DNA of 63,844 nucleotides, the filler included, from Octopus bimaculoides (taxonomy: Eukaryota), in assembly GCF_001194135.2 (NCBI RefSeq). It is 10 parts of 10 records of this genome, joined end to end, with 100 filler letters (N's around TTAATTAATTAA, not from the genome) between each part and the next. Parts side by side here need not be neighbours in the genome. Positions count along the whole stretch, not along the records: positions 4,073 to 15,848 come from NC_069009.1; positions 15,949 to 19,251 come from NC_068984.1; positions 19,352 to 25,632 come from NW_026426633.1; 7 more parts are not named here. One strand, written 5' to 3'. Positions 11,356 to 22,867 of the stretch are shown in pieces (position 1 is the stretch's first letter; each line of letters begins with the position of its first letter). Made by a program: the position numbers and the translations under genes. The notes under the pieces were generated by a model. That model saw only the letters and a program-made list of their open reading frames with translations. It ran no database searches and was not told the DNA's origin.

Positions 11356-12345
11356 GTAAAGGCCCTGTTTTTCTTTTTTAATCCCGTGTATTTCGTTTTA
11401 TTTCAATTCGAATGTGTGTGTGTGTTTATAGTTTATGCTTTTGTTGTATTTAAACATTTCATTCTTGTTCCTCATCTTAGCAGTCTTTCGGGGACGCCAA
11501 AGTTCAATACTGGCACAAGAGGGGGAGAAGGGGTGACGTTCAAAAATCTAAGATTTCGAACCCTCTTCCGACCCCCTTTTTTTTTTTATTAGAAAGGTTT
11601 CTCCCCCATCGTCTTCAAGTGCGTGGTACAAACAAAAAATGTGGAGAATATTTATAGTCATCCTTTTCTTATATTTAGCATCTCGTTCGATTCCCCTCAC
11701 GAAGGCAGATTTGAGGGATGCTAAAATTCAACACTGGTCGACGAGAAAGAACAAACGTGAAAAAATTAAGGATTTCGTAAAAAACAATTATTTTTTTTTT
11801 ATATTTCAAAAAGGGACCTTGAATCCTTTGGTGTAAAAAACAAAATATTGAAAAACCCCGACGTAAAACGGATAAAATTCAACTTATGTGGGACAGCTAT
11901 CCTGGAAGCCTACCTAAATTTTCCTTTAATCATACATAATTACATATATTTATTATGTATATAAAGATGCACGATTAGTTACTCCCATTGTTATACTTTA
12001 GCGTCCCTCTCCTTGTTCTCCATCAAATCGGTCGTGTGGGGGTTGCTAAAGTTCAATACTGCCTCTATTCTGCTTCTTGCTTCATTCATTGTCTCGCAGA
12101 CTTAAGACGGTAAATTTGGTAAGAAGTATTACAATGGTGGTGAAACGGTAGACAAGACTGTCTTCAGGTTCTATAGACCTTGACACTGAGAGTTCAAATT
12201 TTACTAATGTCTGTTTTGTCTCTCATTCTTTCTCCATTCGGAATAAATAAATGAAAGAGTTTCTGTTATGCTTTTTCGTTTTTTTCCTCCTTCATTCTTT
12301 TTTTCTTTCATTCTTTTACCTTCTTCCGCTGCTATCGTTTCCTAT

Positions 12346-12520
12346 GCCTTCTTCTTCTTCTTCTTCTTCTTCTTCTTCTTCTTCTTCTTCTTCGTCTTCT
12401 TCTTCTTCTTCTTCTTCTTCGTCTTCGTCTTCGTCTTCGTCTTCTTCTTCTTCTTCTTCTTCTTCTTCTTCTTCTTCTTCTTCAGGTATCTGTCTATTTA
12501 TTTATTTATTTATTTATTTA
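12346..12520. repeat. (TTC)n ~45 units plus (TTTA)n
   Basis: Read directly from the sequence. Confidence 0.95.
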
Positions 12521-12631
12521 TTTGCCTCATTCAAAAGCTACGTTGATTATTCCACTTGGGAGCAGTTCTGAGGCTGGGTATACGTCTGCATTAGGAATAC
12601 TCGTCCGTTTATGTTTTCTATTATTATGATT

Positions 12632-12760
12632 ATTCCACCGAGGTCAACTTCGTCTTGCATCCTTTCGGGGATCGTTCAGTACTGGGGTCGATATAATCAA
12701 CTTACCCCACTCCCTTATAGGCCTTGTGCCTATTGTAGAAATTATTATTATTATTATTGA
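12632..12760 (+). mobile_element. SINE family A 3' fragment with (ATT)n tail
   Basis: CCGAGGTCAACTT..CCTTTCGGGG..GGGGTCGATATAATC..GGCCTTGTGCC. Confidence 0.7.
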
Positions 12761-12769
12761 GTGAGAGAG

Positions 12770-13301
12770 CAACGCATGCCATCAAAATAATCCTAGGGTA
12801 CAAATATACGAAGCCCAATATACCCATCATGACTACCCGTCTGCACGTGCTTCACAACCATATGTGCACGACATGGTGACCTCATATCAAGATAAACAGC
12901 GCATGACCTTGCAGGTGGAGCCCAGTTAGAATTTTCTTAAGGTCGAGTAGCCCGTTCCTATCAAAAGTTCCCTGAATAAGGTTTGTTTAAAGATGATGAA
13001 CAAAACATCCATGTTTCCAGAGGTGAATTATTCAAACCCCAAAGAATTCCTATCAACACATGGCTACGATGCTCCTCAACTACTTCTACTCGTGATCAGA
13101 GATGCACATATCGTCAGCCACCAAGGGACATGCTCAACTGGTTAAGGTCAAACAACTGACAAGCAAATCTGTGGTATTGAGCAGAATATTTGCTGTAGCC
13201 CGTCTTTTATACCAAGACAAAACAATGTACATGATAACACTTCCAATCAATTAAGATCAGAAGCCATGAGAGCCACTGCCTGGTACTGCATCAGGGCATT
13301 T

Positions 13302-13332
<31 letters not shown>

Positions 13333-13337
13333 TTAAT
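12770..13337 (+). mobile_element. Interspersed repeat ending in an (ATT)n tail (retroelement 3' end / SINE-like)
   Basis: Ends CTGCATCAGGGCATTT(ATT)n. The family is recalled from octopus genomes, not verified. Confidence 0.4.
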
Positions 13338-14145
13338 NNNNNNNNNNNNNNNNNNNNNNNNNNNNNNNNNNNNNNNNNNNNNNNNNNNNNNNNNNNNNNN
13401 NNNNNNNNNNNNNNNNNNNNNNNNNNNNNNNNNNNNNNNNNNNNNNNNNNNNNNNNNNNNNNNNNNNNNNNNNNNNNNNNNNNNNNNNNNNNNNNNNNNN
13501 NNNNNNNNNNNNNNNNNNNNNNNNNNNNNNNNNNNNNNNNNNNNNNNNNNNNNNNNNNNNNNNNNNNNNNNNNNNNNNNNNNNNNNNNNNNNNNNNNNNN
13601 NNNNNNNNNNNNNNNNNNNNNNNNNNNNNNNNNNNNNNNNNNNNNNNNNNNNNNNNNNNNNNNNNNNNNNNNNNNNNNNNNNNNNNNNNNNNNNNNNNNN
13701 NNNNNNNNNNNNNNNNNNNNNNNNNNNNNNNNNNNNNNNNNNNNNNNNNNNNNNNNNNNNNNNNNNNNNNNNNNNNNNNNNNNNNNNNNNNNNNNNNNNN
13801 NNNNNNNNNNNNNNNNNNNNNNNNNNNNNNNNNNNNNNNNNNNNNNNNNNNNNNNNNNNNNNNNNNNNNNNNNNNNNNNNNNNNNNNNNNNNNNNNNNNN
13901 NNNNNNNNNNNNNNNNNNNNNNNNNNNNNNNNNNNNNNNNNNNNNNNNNNNNNNNNNNNNNNNNNNNNNNNNNNNNNNNNNNNNNNNNNNNNNNNNNNNN
14001 NNNNNNNNNNNNNNNNNNNNNNNNNNNNNNNNNNNNNNNNNNNNNNNNNNNNNNNNNNNNNNNNNNNNNNNNNNNNNNNNNNNNNNNNNNNNNNNNNNNN
14101 NNNNNNNNNNNNNNNNNNNNNNNNNNNNNNNNNNNNNNNNNNNNN

Positions 14146-14710
14146 NGTCCACTGCAACAGTGAAAGTATCTGACATAAACCTGTCAGTGAGCGATCAATA
14201 CATCGAAAATTTGCTTTTCTCAGCCTGACAAACAGCAGAGCCTAGGCTGGTAGGTGAACGCATGTTGTTGCCGGAGAAGGTGTCACAGAATATGGTATCC
14301 CAGATGAGGGGTCTACCATCACAGAACAGGAACATTGTCATACTGTAAGGCCTTTTATCGGCACCTCAGTCTAGCCCTGTTGGATCGAGCTGAGAAGAGA
14401 ACCCTGCGGTATATAGGCTGTGCTTTATGATTTCATTAAGGGCAACATGGCGTAGAAGGCAGGCAGCCCAATACTGGCACGAGAATGGGTGGGGGCCGAA
14501 AAATTCCACTGGATTCCCAGAGGGCATTTGTGAGCCTCAGGGAAAACCCTAGTTTCAATGAATAGACCTGCTCCAAATATGTGCCTGTAGACTGGAGAAC
14601 GACATCTGGATGAGGACCTGTAACCTTAGTGGTCAGGGTAACCCTGTATCCTTTGGGTTTCCTTGATTGGCCCAAGCTGGAGTTTTTCCTTCATCAAGGA
14701 GGACTGCATC
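14146..14710 (-). mobile_element. Probable RTE LINE 5' region remnant
   Basis: Minus strand TGATGAAGGAAAAACTCCAG resembles the RTE 5' UTR motif (GAAGGAAAACTC); GC-richer than its flanks. Confidence 0.3.
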
Positions 14711-14718
14711 GTTTATAA

Positions 14719-15019
14719 CAGGGGTTTTCAAACTGTGGTCCGCGGACCACAGGGGGTCCACAAGGACAAGACAGGGGGTCCGTGGACAGCAAATACTTTT
14801 TATGGGCAATTTGATTTTATATATGTTTTTTTTTAATCGAAATCTTTTAATTAACAATAAACCTATTTGTTAAATACTGTTAAATAAACAAATGTAAAAA
14901 TATATGTTATTTTAAGCAAATATTTATGTATAAATTTCATAAGCGTTTATAAGGGAGGTCCCTAAGGTAAAGCCTGAAATATAAAGGAGTCCGCAAGTCA
15001 AAAAGTTTGAAAACCCCTG
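14719..15019. mobile_element. hAT (Charlie-type) MITE, 301 bp, intact ends
   Basis: Perfect 16-bp TIR CAGGGGTTTTCAAACT / AGTTTGAAAACCCCTG; perfect 8-bp TSD GTTTATAA (14711-14718 and 15020-15027). Confidence 0.95.
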
Positions 15020-15049
15020 GTTTATAATACAGTTCTATGTTTAAGAGAT

Positions 15050-15410
15050 GAGGAATTATGTACATTATATACATTGTTTACATTCGATGGATATTTGTCC
15101 CCATCTTGTTTGTTGTCAACACAACATTTCAGCTGATATACCCTCCAGCCTTCATCAGGTGTCTTGGGGAAATTTCAAACCTGGGTTATCATTCCTAAGG
15201 TATTTTTTGCTGGTTTTCTGGTCATCCGTGTTGTATATTTTGAACACTGAGACGTATATGTTTGTTATTTCTAGCAATGTCTTGGGGCCAGATAGATGCA
15301 CTTCTTCGTTCCTGTGCTGTGTTCGACCCGTCAGGGATAATTTGTGGACCCTACTGGAGTTTAAAGAGAAAAGGGTGGGGGATAGCTTATTTTTTTGTTT
15401 ACCTACATGA
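15050..15410 (-). mobile_element. Penelope-like element 3' end / pseudo-LTR
   Basis: Contains the CTGATGAAG...GAAA motif typical of PLE pseudo-LTRs; the upstream decayed ORF weakly resembles a GIY-YIG C-terminus. Confidence 0.5.
15118..15163 (-). ncRNA. Minimal type-I hammerhead-ribozyme-like motif (probably decayed)
   Basis: GACAC-CTGATGA-A-GGCTGG/AGGGTATA/TCAGCT-GAAA-TG-TT-GTGTT: core CUGAUGA and GAAA, 6-bp stem II (2 G.U), 5-bp stem I, near-absent stem III. Confidence 0.45.
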
Positions 15411-15573
15411 TCGATCAAGCTACCAAATGTGTCTATGTATGTGTATGCATGTATATATATGCATATATATGTATATACACTCACGTGTGTGATATTTTGT
15501 GACATTAATCTCCTAGATCATCATCTACGTCATTCACCCATATATGTATCATCATCATCGTTCAACTCATGTA

Positions 15574-15607
<34 letters not shown>

Positions 15608-15617
15608 CATATATATA

Positions 15618-15648
<31 letters not shown>

Positions 15649-15948
15649 GTGTGTGTATATATATATGTGTGTGTGTGTGTATATATATATGTGTGTATAT
15701 ATATATGTATGTGTGTATATATATATGTGTGTGTGTATATATATATGTGTGTGTGTGTATATATATATATATATGTTTGTATATATATATATATGTTTGT
15801 ATATATATATATATATGTTTGTATATATATATATATATGTTTGTATATNNNNNNNNNNNNNNNNNNNNNNNNNNNNNNNNNNNNNNNNNNNNTTAATTAA
15901 TTAANNNNNNNNNNNNNNNNNNNNNNNNNNNNNNNNNNNNNNNNNNNN

Positions 15949-16253
15949 CCTGACTGGCTCCTGTAGGATTTTCGAGCGAGATTGTTGCCAGTGCCCCTGG
16001 ACTGGCTTGTGCAGGTGGCACATAAAAGACACCATTTCGAGCGTGGCCGTTTTCGTGCGGGTGACACATAAAAGCACCCACTACACTCTCTGAGTGGTTG
16101 GCGTTAGGAAGGGCATCCAGCTGTAGAAACTCTGCCAAATAAGACTGGAGCCTGGTGTTGCCATCCGGTTTCACCAGTCCTCAGTCAAATCGTCCAACCC
16201 ATGCTAGCATGGAAAGCGGACGTTAAACGATGATGATGATGATGATGATGATG
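15949..16253 (+). mobile_element. SINE family C with (GAT)n tail
   Basis: ..GAGTGGTTGGCGTTAGGAAGGGCATCCAGC..GGACGTTAAAC(GAT)n; 1 mismatch to the copy at 21650-21800. Confidence 0.85.
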
Positions 16254-16261
16254 AAGCCTGG

Positions 16262-16740
16262 TGTGATGGTGAGAAGTTTATTTGTCTATTACCGACATTA
16301 TTCATATCTTGTTTTGTGTTGGCATTACCACTGCAATCAGTAGCCAATAAACTGTTTACTTTCTACCACAAACACTAGTGTCTCTGACATGTGCAGCTTG
16401 ATTGTTGGTTTCATCGATGAACAGCTGATGCAGTTCATTCACAAGCCATCCCACAGGATTATCTGACTCTGCAGTAGCGTTATCCAGGTTATTTTTAAGT
16501 CCTAGGTCTTCAGTGGGGTTGAAATTATCATCAGAAAAAACATCATTATTACAAATCTAATGATAAACACTAAGAGCATCACCATACCCCTTACTCTCTT
16601 CTTTTGCCATCATTGTCTGGTTCACTATCACCTTAATCCAAGTCATATTCTCCTTCAAAGTCACGTGAGTGGCCATAACCGGAGCCATGCAGATTCTACT
16701 CATCATCACTAACATTGAAATTTCTCTCCTATTCACTTGT
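16262..16740 (-). pseudogene. Decayed piggyBac-type transposase N-terminal remnant
   Basis: Acidic N-terminal region, then ..NPVGWLVNELHQLFIDETNNQA.. resembling the piggyBac (PGBD) F..ELL..IV.ETN.YA motif; many stops. Confidence 0.45.
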
Positions 16741-18230
16741 CAGTCTTTTACACATCACTAAATCTCACACTAAATCTCACCTAAATCTCACAAAAATCAC
16801 AGCAGTAATTTTGTGAAGAACTTAGAATGTAGCAATGATATAAAAAAAAATGCAGGTAAACAACAGTAGTAAACAGAAGTAGCAGAGTGGAATACCGGCT
16901 GGCAAGATGTAATCAAACATCATCGACACTGGAAATCTGGAAAGCAACTGGAAAGCTTTAGAACAACCATTAGTTTTGGAGGAAGTTATCTGAGGTTCAG
17001 ATTCTGTCCCATACACCAACATGCACATGTGGGTGTGTATGTGTTCAGCAAATCCCACCTACTGACTTTATTTTCATATCTGTTTTTTTTTTTATGCTGG
17101 CATAAGTTGGACAGGAGTTCTTGAGGCAGTAAAATGCCCTTTCTGTTACTAACCCTCTCTTATTTCTTCAGGTTAGATAGTTTTATTCCTCTAGACGCAG
17201 CAGCAAAAACCACCAAATGTCAAGACATTGTTTACAAAGCACATAAACACTGACACCAATTTTACTTGCACAGTGAAAATGTAAAAGAACACACATGTAC
17301 ATACACAAACACTTTGAGTTTAATAGTTTTGCTCTCCCGAATTTCACTCATGTAGCAAATGTTGCACTGAGACTACAAATGTGTGTAGAGAGAGAGAGAG
17401 AGAATTATAAACAAAAAATAAATCCACCCCAATTAAGAGCTCAATTAATAACTGGTCTTTAAGCTCCAACAGTTTATTACATTGCAGTAAATTCAAGTGA
17501 AAATGACTTGTATGTATATGCATAATCAGCTAAGACAAACTTTATGGACAATATATTTATAAAATAAACAGAAAAATATAAATTTCAAGTATTGTTCATA
17601 TTTTGTGTTCAACAGCTGTTTCATTAACATTAAACATCATTAGATGTATAATTACATAATTGTGATACTTTATTAATTTAAAAGTTTTGTTTATCCAAAT
17701 CATTTGGAACATTTCATGTTATGTGAATCAGAAAGCTATTACTGGTTTAAATTCATCGCAACAGAAACACAAAAAAGATGATATATAAATTCTGTAAAAG
17801 ACTGATGGAATGACAGTTGTATTAGAAAATGTAACTAATGCATCTATCAATCATCCAAATCCAAGAAATATTACTCCTTGCTATTTATTGAAAATATCTT
17901 CACTATTTCGAATACCTATTTCTCCATAGCTTGTAATAAATAATGAAGAGCTATTATCAATTTTCAACCTCTGTTTGGGTTTTCACAAAATTGTCTGCAT
18001 CACTTGACCAGCCCCAGAGATACAAGTAGCTAATTTACTTGTATATTCATTATATTTAGTAAGTGGCTCCAGAGAATTAGAGCTGCAAATCAGCAAACAA
18101 TGTGTTTAACATTTTATTCTATACCAGAGGCCTATCAACATGATACCCAGGATACTAAGTAACAAAATGTGTATGTAAACTATGCAGCAAATGTACAAAC
18201 ATGTTAGATTTGTGTAGTTCTCTATGTGCG

Positions 18231-18263
<33 letters not shown>

Positions 18264-18497
18264 TTCAGTCTGTATATGTGTAGACACACCCATACATTCT
18301 TACCTCTATATGCTTATTCTACTTATGCTTTAGAGTAAGGCATCAGAAGAGTAGAGAGCATAATATCATTTAATAGATGACAAAAGAACAAGCGTTATGT
18401 AACCACTTTCATTAGCTTCCTGCTCTTTCTGATGTAAGATGCAGAGCACTCACAGCTGACTGCTTGTGCAACATTTTGTACCTTTTTGGAGGTTAGG

Positions 18498-18534
<37 letters not shown>

Positions 18535-18536
<2 letters not shown>

Positions 18537-18718
18537 AGGGAAAAGAACCAAGGTTCATGAACTCACCGATGAAAATCCACTGTCACATATAAAAAAAATT
18601 AATAAGTAAAAGCACAATAAATAAGTATAATATAATACAAAGTAAATATCATTAATTTTTCTATATGTGACAGTGGATTTTCATCGATGAATTCATGAAC
18701 CTTGGTTCTTTTCCCTAA
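18535..18718. repeat. Foldback: ~68-bp inverted arms around a 47-nt A-rich spacer
   Basis: TTAGGGAAAAGAACCAAGGTTCATGAA..CACATATA..AATTAAT and its reverse complement at 18651-18718; about 3 substitutions plus 1 indel. Confidence 0.92.
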
Positions 18719-19002
18719 CATTATATATTTATATTTTATACTGTGAAACTTATTTAATTTTAATTTTTAATAAATTGAATTTAATTGAGTTTTTACCTGT
18801 AAATTTGGATTAAAATGCAACTCTCTGAAGTGAGCAACTTAAAAACAGATTCTGCCGCAGATCATATAATTTCAAAATTAGTGCACAAAATGCACTTTTT
18901 AATCGTGAGTGCAGGCATAATCAAGACACAAAAAAAATTAACAAAAAATCAACATACCAGAGGAACACCAAATGTATACTGCCTAGTAAATAGAGTTGTT
19001 CA

Positions 19003-19251
19003 TCTATATATATAAAAATGAGAATGTGTGTCTGTCTGTCTGTCTGTCTGTCTGTGTGAATCCCTAAAACTCGAGAACTACGCAACCAATTTCATTCAAA
19101 TTTTACACATGCCTTACTTAGGGTTCCAGTTGTGTTTTAGTCAAAAAAAATTATTAACTTCTTGCAGAGTTCGAGCACACGGCAACATAATATCTCCTCC
19201 ACTATTTAAGTATTACGTGTCAAAAGTGAAACTAAAACACTCATGTCAAAT
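19003..19251 (+). mobile_element. Non-autonomous Helitron 5' end
   Basis: A|TCTATATATATAAAAATGAG followed by (GTCT)n, the usual Helitron 5' TC terminus plus internal microsatellite; cut by a gap. Confidence 0.6.
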
Positions 19252-19330
19252 NNNNNNNNNNNNNNNNNNNNNNNNNNNNNNNNNNNNNNNNNNNNTTAAT
19301 TAATTAANNNNNNNNNNNNNNNNNNNNNNN

Positions 19331-22300
19331 NNNNNNNNNNNNNNNNNNNNNTGATGTAGCTACCCTCATTTGCACCTCTTGCCGTGAGGTAGGTTCATCT
19401 GCGACTCTCGACAGGAAGAGGCCCAGATTTGATTTAATAACGCCTACATTTACTTTGTGCAGGTTGCTCAGGCTCTTTGGGAGAATATTAAAGAGCTGTG
19501 GGCTCCTGAAACCCAGACTTTAGCAGTAACTAGTCCTGAAGTGCGATGGCGGTGCTGGGATCTTTGGCACTATGCAGTGTTGTCCTGTTCTGGTATTGGT
19601 GTAGCTTTCAATGCCAAAATTTGGCACAATTCCTTCCAGAATCTCCCAGATGTATATTGCTGCATACCTCTCCTGCCTTACCTTCAGGGAGAAGAGTCAT
19701 AGCTGATTCAGCCTTTCACAGTAGCTGAGCAGTTGCAAAGAGACAATCTTCTTTATGAATCTTCTCTGGATTGCTTCAAGGTCCGCTGTTAATTTCACAC
19801 TGGCGGATGACCATAGCTGTGAGCAGTAATCCAGGCGGCTGATGACAAATTTTCTCCAGAGGACCATCATGGTTTCCTTATCTCTGGTTCTGAATGTTCT
19901 CAGGATCCATCCAGCCAGTCATCTGCACTTTGTCGCCATCCTGGTAATGTGCACTTGGAAAGAGGTATCATCACTCATGTCCCTCGATGATTTAGGCTCT
20001 AGGATTGTCATCCCCTGTGGACCAGTGTATCCTGTAAGTTTCATATTCAGTTTTGGACGCTGGTAGCGCAGGGCTTGGGATTTTTCAGCATTAAACTGCA
20101 TATTATTATCCTCAGCCTATCTGTAAATTGAGTCCAACACCTGCTGCAGATGTGCAATATCGCTGGGTTTCTATATTTTCAGTGAGACTTTTGTATTGTC
20201 TGCGTAGCTTGCAAGGATGGCTATCCGGACACTTGAGGGTATATCTGAGAGGGCCACTAAAAATAGCAGACGTCCCAAGACAGTGCCCTGTGGAACACTG
20301 CTCACTAATTGTGAGCTACCTCTATGAAAACATAGAGGTAGCTCCCTTAGCCACTACTGCCTGACTTCTATCTTTCAGAAAGTCATGTAACCACTCTCCA
20401 AGTTTTCCAGCTATGCCAAGATCACGCAGTTTGTGGCATATCATACCATGATCCACTTTGTCAAAAGCTTTTGCAAAATTGACGAATATTACGTCCACAT
20501 TTGAGTTGTTGAATAACTGCCATGAAACCCGGTCATGTTGTTGTAAGAGCTGGGTCAGGCAGCTCCTACCTGGTTGAAAGCCATGTTGGGTATCACTAAG
20601 CAAGTTATTTTCTTCAAGGATTTCAATTACTTTTTCTTTGACTATCCGTTACATGACTTTGCTAACGTGTGAAGTCAGAGAGATAGGCCTATAGTTTTTT
20701 GTCATCTGCTCTGTTTCCCCCTTTATGGATTGGGCATATTATTCCCTCCTTCAGCTTGCTTGGCAGTCTGCCATTTGCAAGAAAGCGCTGGAAGAGAATC
20801 TGGAGAGATTTTGCCAGGGCATGCTTACACGATTTGAGGAGGATTGCTGGGAAACTGTCAGGACCAGCAGTTGAGCTTGTGTCCACTTCATCTATAGCTA
20901 GTAGTACATGTTCGCTAATGTCGATGTATTCCATTGTAACTCCTTGCTGGTTATAGGGGAGGTGGCAAAGAAGTCCACTGGTTTGTTCACTTGTCTGCGT
21001 TCCAACGGGATGGTGAAGACACTTTTGAACTGCTCATTCAGTACCTCACTGATCCAAGTTGGACTGTCTGTGAGGGAGCTATCCTTTTCGTAGAATGGTC
21101 CAATCTTGCAGCATACTGAGGCTGTTTCTTTTGCGTAATGAAAGAAGGCCTTTGAGTTTGACTTAATGTTTTTTATAACCCAGGCTTCTTTGTCTGCTCT
21201 CTCCCTCACATAGGATTGTTGCAGCCTTCTTTCAATCTCCATCAATGTTGTTTTTAGGCGGGACCTTTCGCTACTTTTGGGATGCTGGTTGAGTCGATTT
21301 GAAACCTTTGTCCATCGTCTCATGAGGATCTTCCTCTCCCTTGGAATCTTGTTCCAATTTGTTTTAGCCTTGTGCTCTGGGACATATTTCTGACATATGG
21401 CTTGCACAATAGACATGAAACATTCTAGTTCCATGTCAATGTCTGGTGTGGAGAGACATTTTGGCCAATCCTCTCTGTGGATCTTTTTCTGGATCGATTT
21501 CCAGTGTGTTTTGTGGCAGTTCAGATTGGAGAGATTTCGGGTGCTTCCTTTAGGCTGTATGTCTCTGATTACTTGCAGCCCAAACATAGACAGCTCTATA
21601 ATGTTGTGATCCAAGATTAATGTTGGCGTCACTTTTATATCATGAATGAGTGGTTGGCGTTAGGAAGGGCATCCAGCTGTAGAAACTCTGCCAAATCAGA
21701 CTGGAGCCTGGTGTTGCCATCCGGTTTCACCAGTCCTCAGTCAAATCGTCCAACCCATGCTAGCATGGAAAGCGGACGTTAAACGATGATGATGATGATG
21801 ATGAATGATGTCCATGTTGTTCGTGAAGCAGAGATCCAGAATGTTATACGCTCTAGTTGGTCTGAGTACAGCTTGCTCCATGAATAGGGCATTGGTGAGG
21901 TTGAGCAGGGACTCCACCTATGCTTGCTTGCGATGAGTCATTCCNNNNNNNNNNTCCACCTATGCTTGCTTGCGATGAGTCATTCCTGAGAGTATGAGAC
22001 CTTTGGGCCATTTGACGTTGGGGAAGTTGAAATCACCCATAAGAAATGTGGTCACGTGGTGTTCCAGTTTCATGAGGATTTCTGTAATTCTTGTGAGGCA
22101 ATCTTCAAATTTGCCTGTGTGGTTTGGAGCATCCGGTGGGCAATATGTATTGCATATGACTATATTATGTTGTCTTATGTATACAATTAGAGTGTCACAT
22201 ACCGAATTTGAGTATGACAGTAAGACCTGGGGTGTGAGGTCGTCATGAATGTATACAGCAACTCCACCATGGCTCCTTTCCCTTCTGCCTGTTCGCAGTA

Positions 22301-22445
22301 TGACATATTTTGGTACGTGTACTTCTGCATCCTGTATATCAGGGCGGAGGTGAGTTTCCATGAGTGCTATGCATAGAGCTTGATTGCATGCAGCAAGGTC
22401 ACTCAGGAAATAAAGGAGTAGAGAAAGAGGAAACAGGCGAGGCAT
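19331..22445 (-). mobile_element. CR1-type LINE ORF2 (APE endonuclease plus RT), decayed, interrupted by a SINE
   Basis: APE: IALMETHL..GGVAVYI..ICNTYCPP..MGDFNFP..ILDLCFTN..LDHNII. RT: AGPDSFPAILLK..PIHKGG..QHGFQPGRSCLTQLL..NFAKAFDKVDH..WLHDFLKDRSQ..NMQFNAEK. Multiple stops and frameshifts. Confidence 0.92.
21650..21800 (+). mobile_element. 5'-truncated SINE family C inserted in the CR1 LINE
   Basis: 8-bp TSD ATGAATGA (21642-21649 and 21801-21808); removing it restores the LINE frame NNMDIIHDIKVT. Confidence 0.9.
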
Positions 22446-22714
22446 TTTTTTTCTTAATGAAGGAAATGGTCAGAAAGATAGATCCCCTTTCGTCATGTGT
22501 CAGCGACGAGAGAGTCAAAGAGGAAGAGTGAGAGAGAGAGGGAACTGTGAAGGGGAGAGGAGAAGAATAGGGAAAGGGTGGGAGAGCAAAACAGAAAGCA
22601 TGAAGAACAAGAGAGGGAGAGAGAAAGACAGAAAAGCGATACTAGAGATAGAAGAAGAGTGCACATCATAGTTACTAAGACAAAATTTACTTGGAAAAGG
22701 ATGCGTGGCGTTCA

Positions 22715-22867
22715 ATTACTCTTTTATATGTTTCAGTCTTTTGATTGTGGCCATGCTGGAGCACCGCCTTTAGTCGAGCAAATCGACCCCAGAACTTATT
22801 CTTTGGAAGTCTAGTACTTATTCTATCGGTCTATTTTGACGAACCGCGAAGTTATGGGGACGTAAAC
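22715..22867 (-). mobile_element. SINE family B, truncated by a gap
   Basis: Homologous to 4603-4789. Confidence 0.85.

Noticed and set aside
11356-11381. ORF-track C-terminus GKGPVFLF* of the 339-aa ORF
   Set aside because: Read-through past the GAAG|GTAAAG donor into intron.
18416-18491. Kelch-like peptide LPALSDVRCRALTADCLCNILYLFGG between AG and GT
   Set aside because: Spacing is off by one residue, a stronger internal donor (GAT|GTAAGA) cuts it, and no companion kelch exons were seen.
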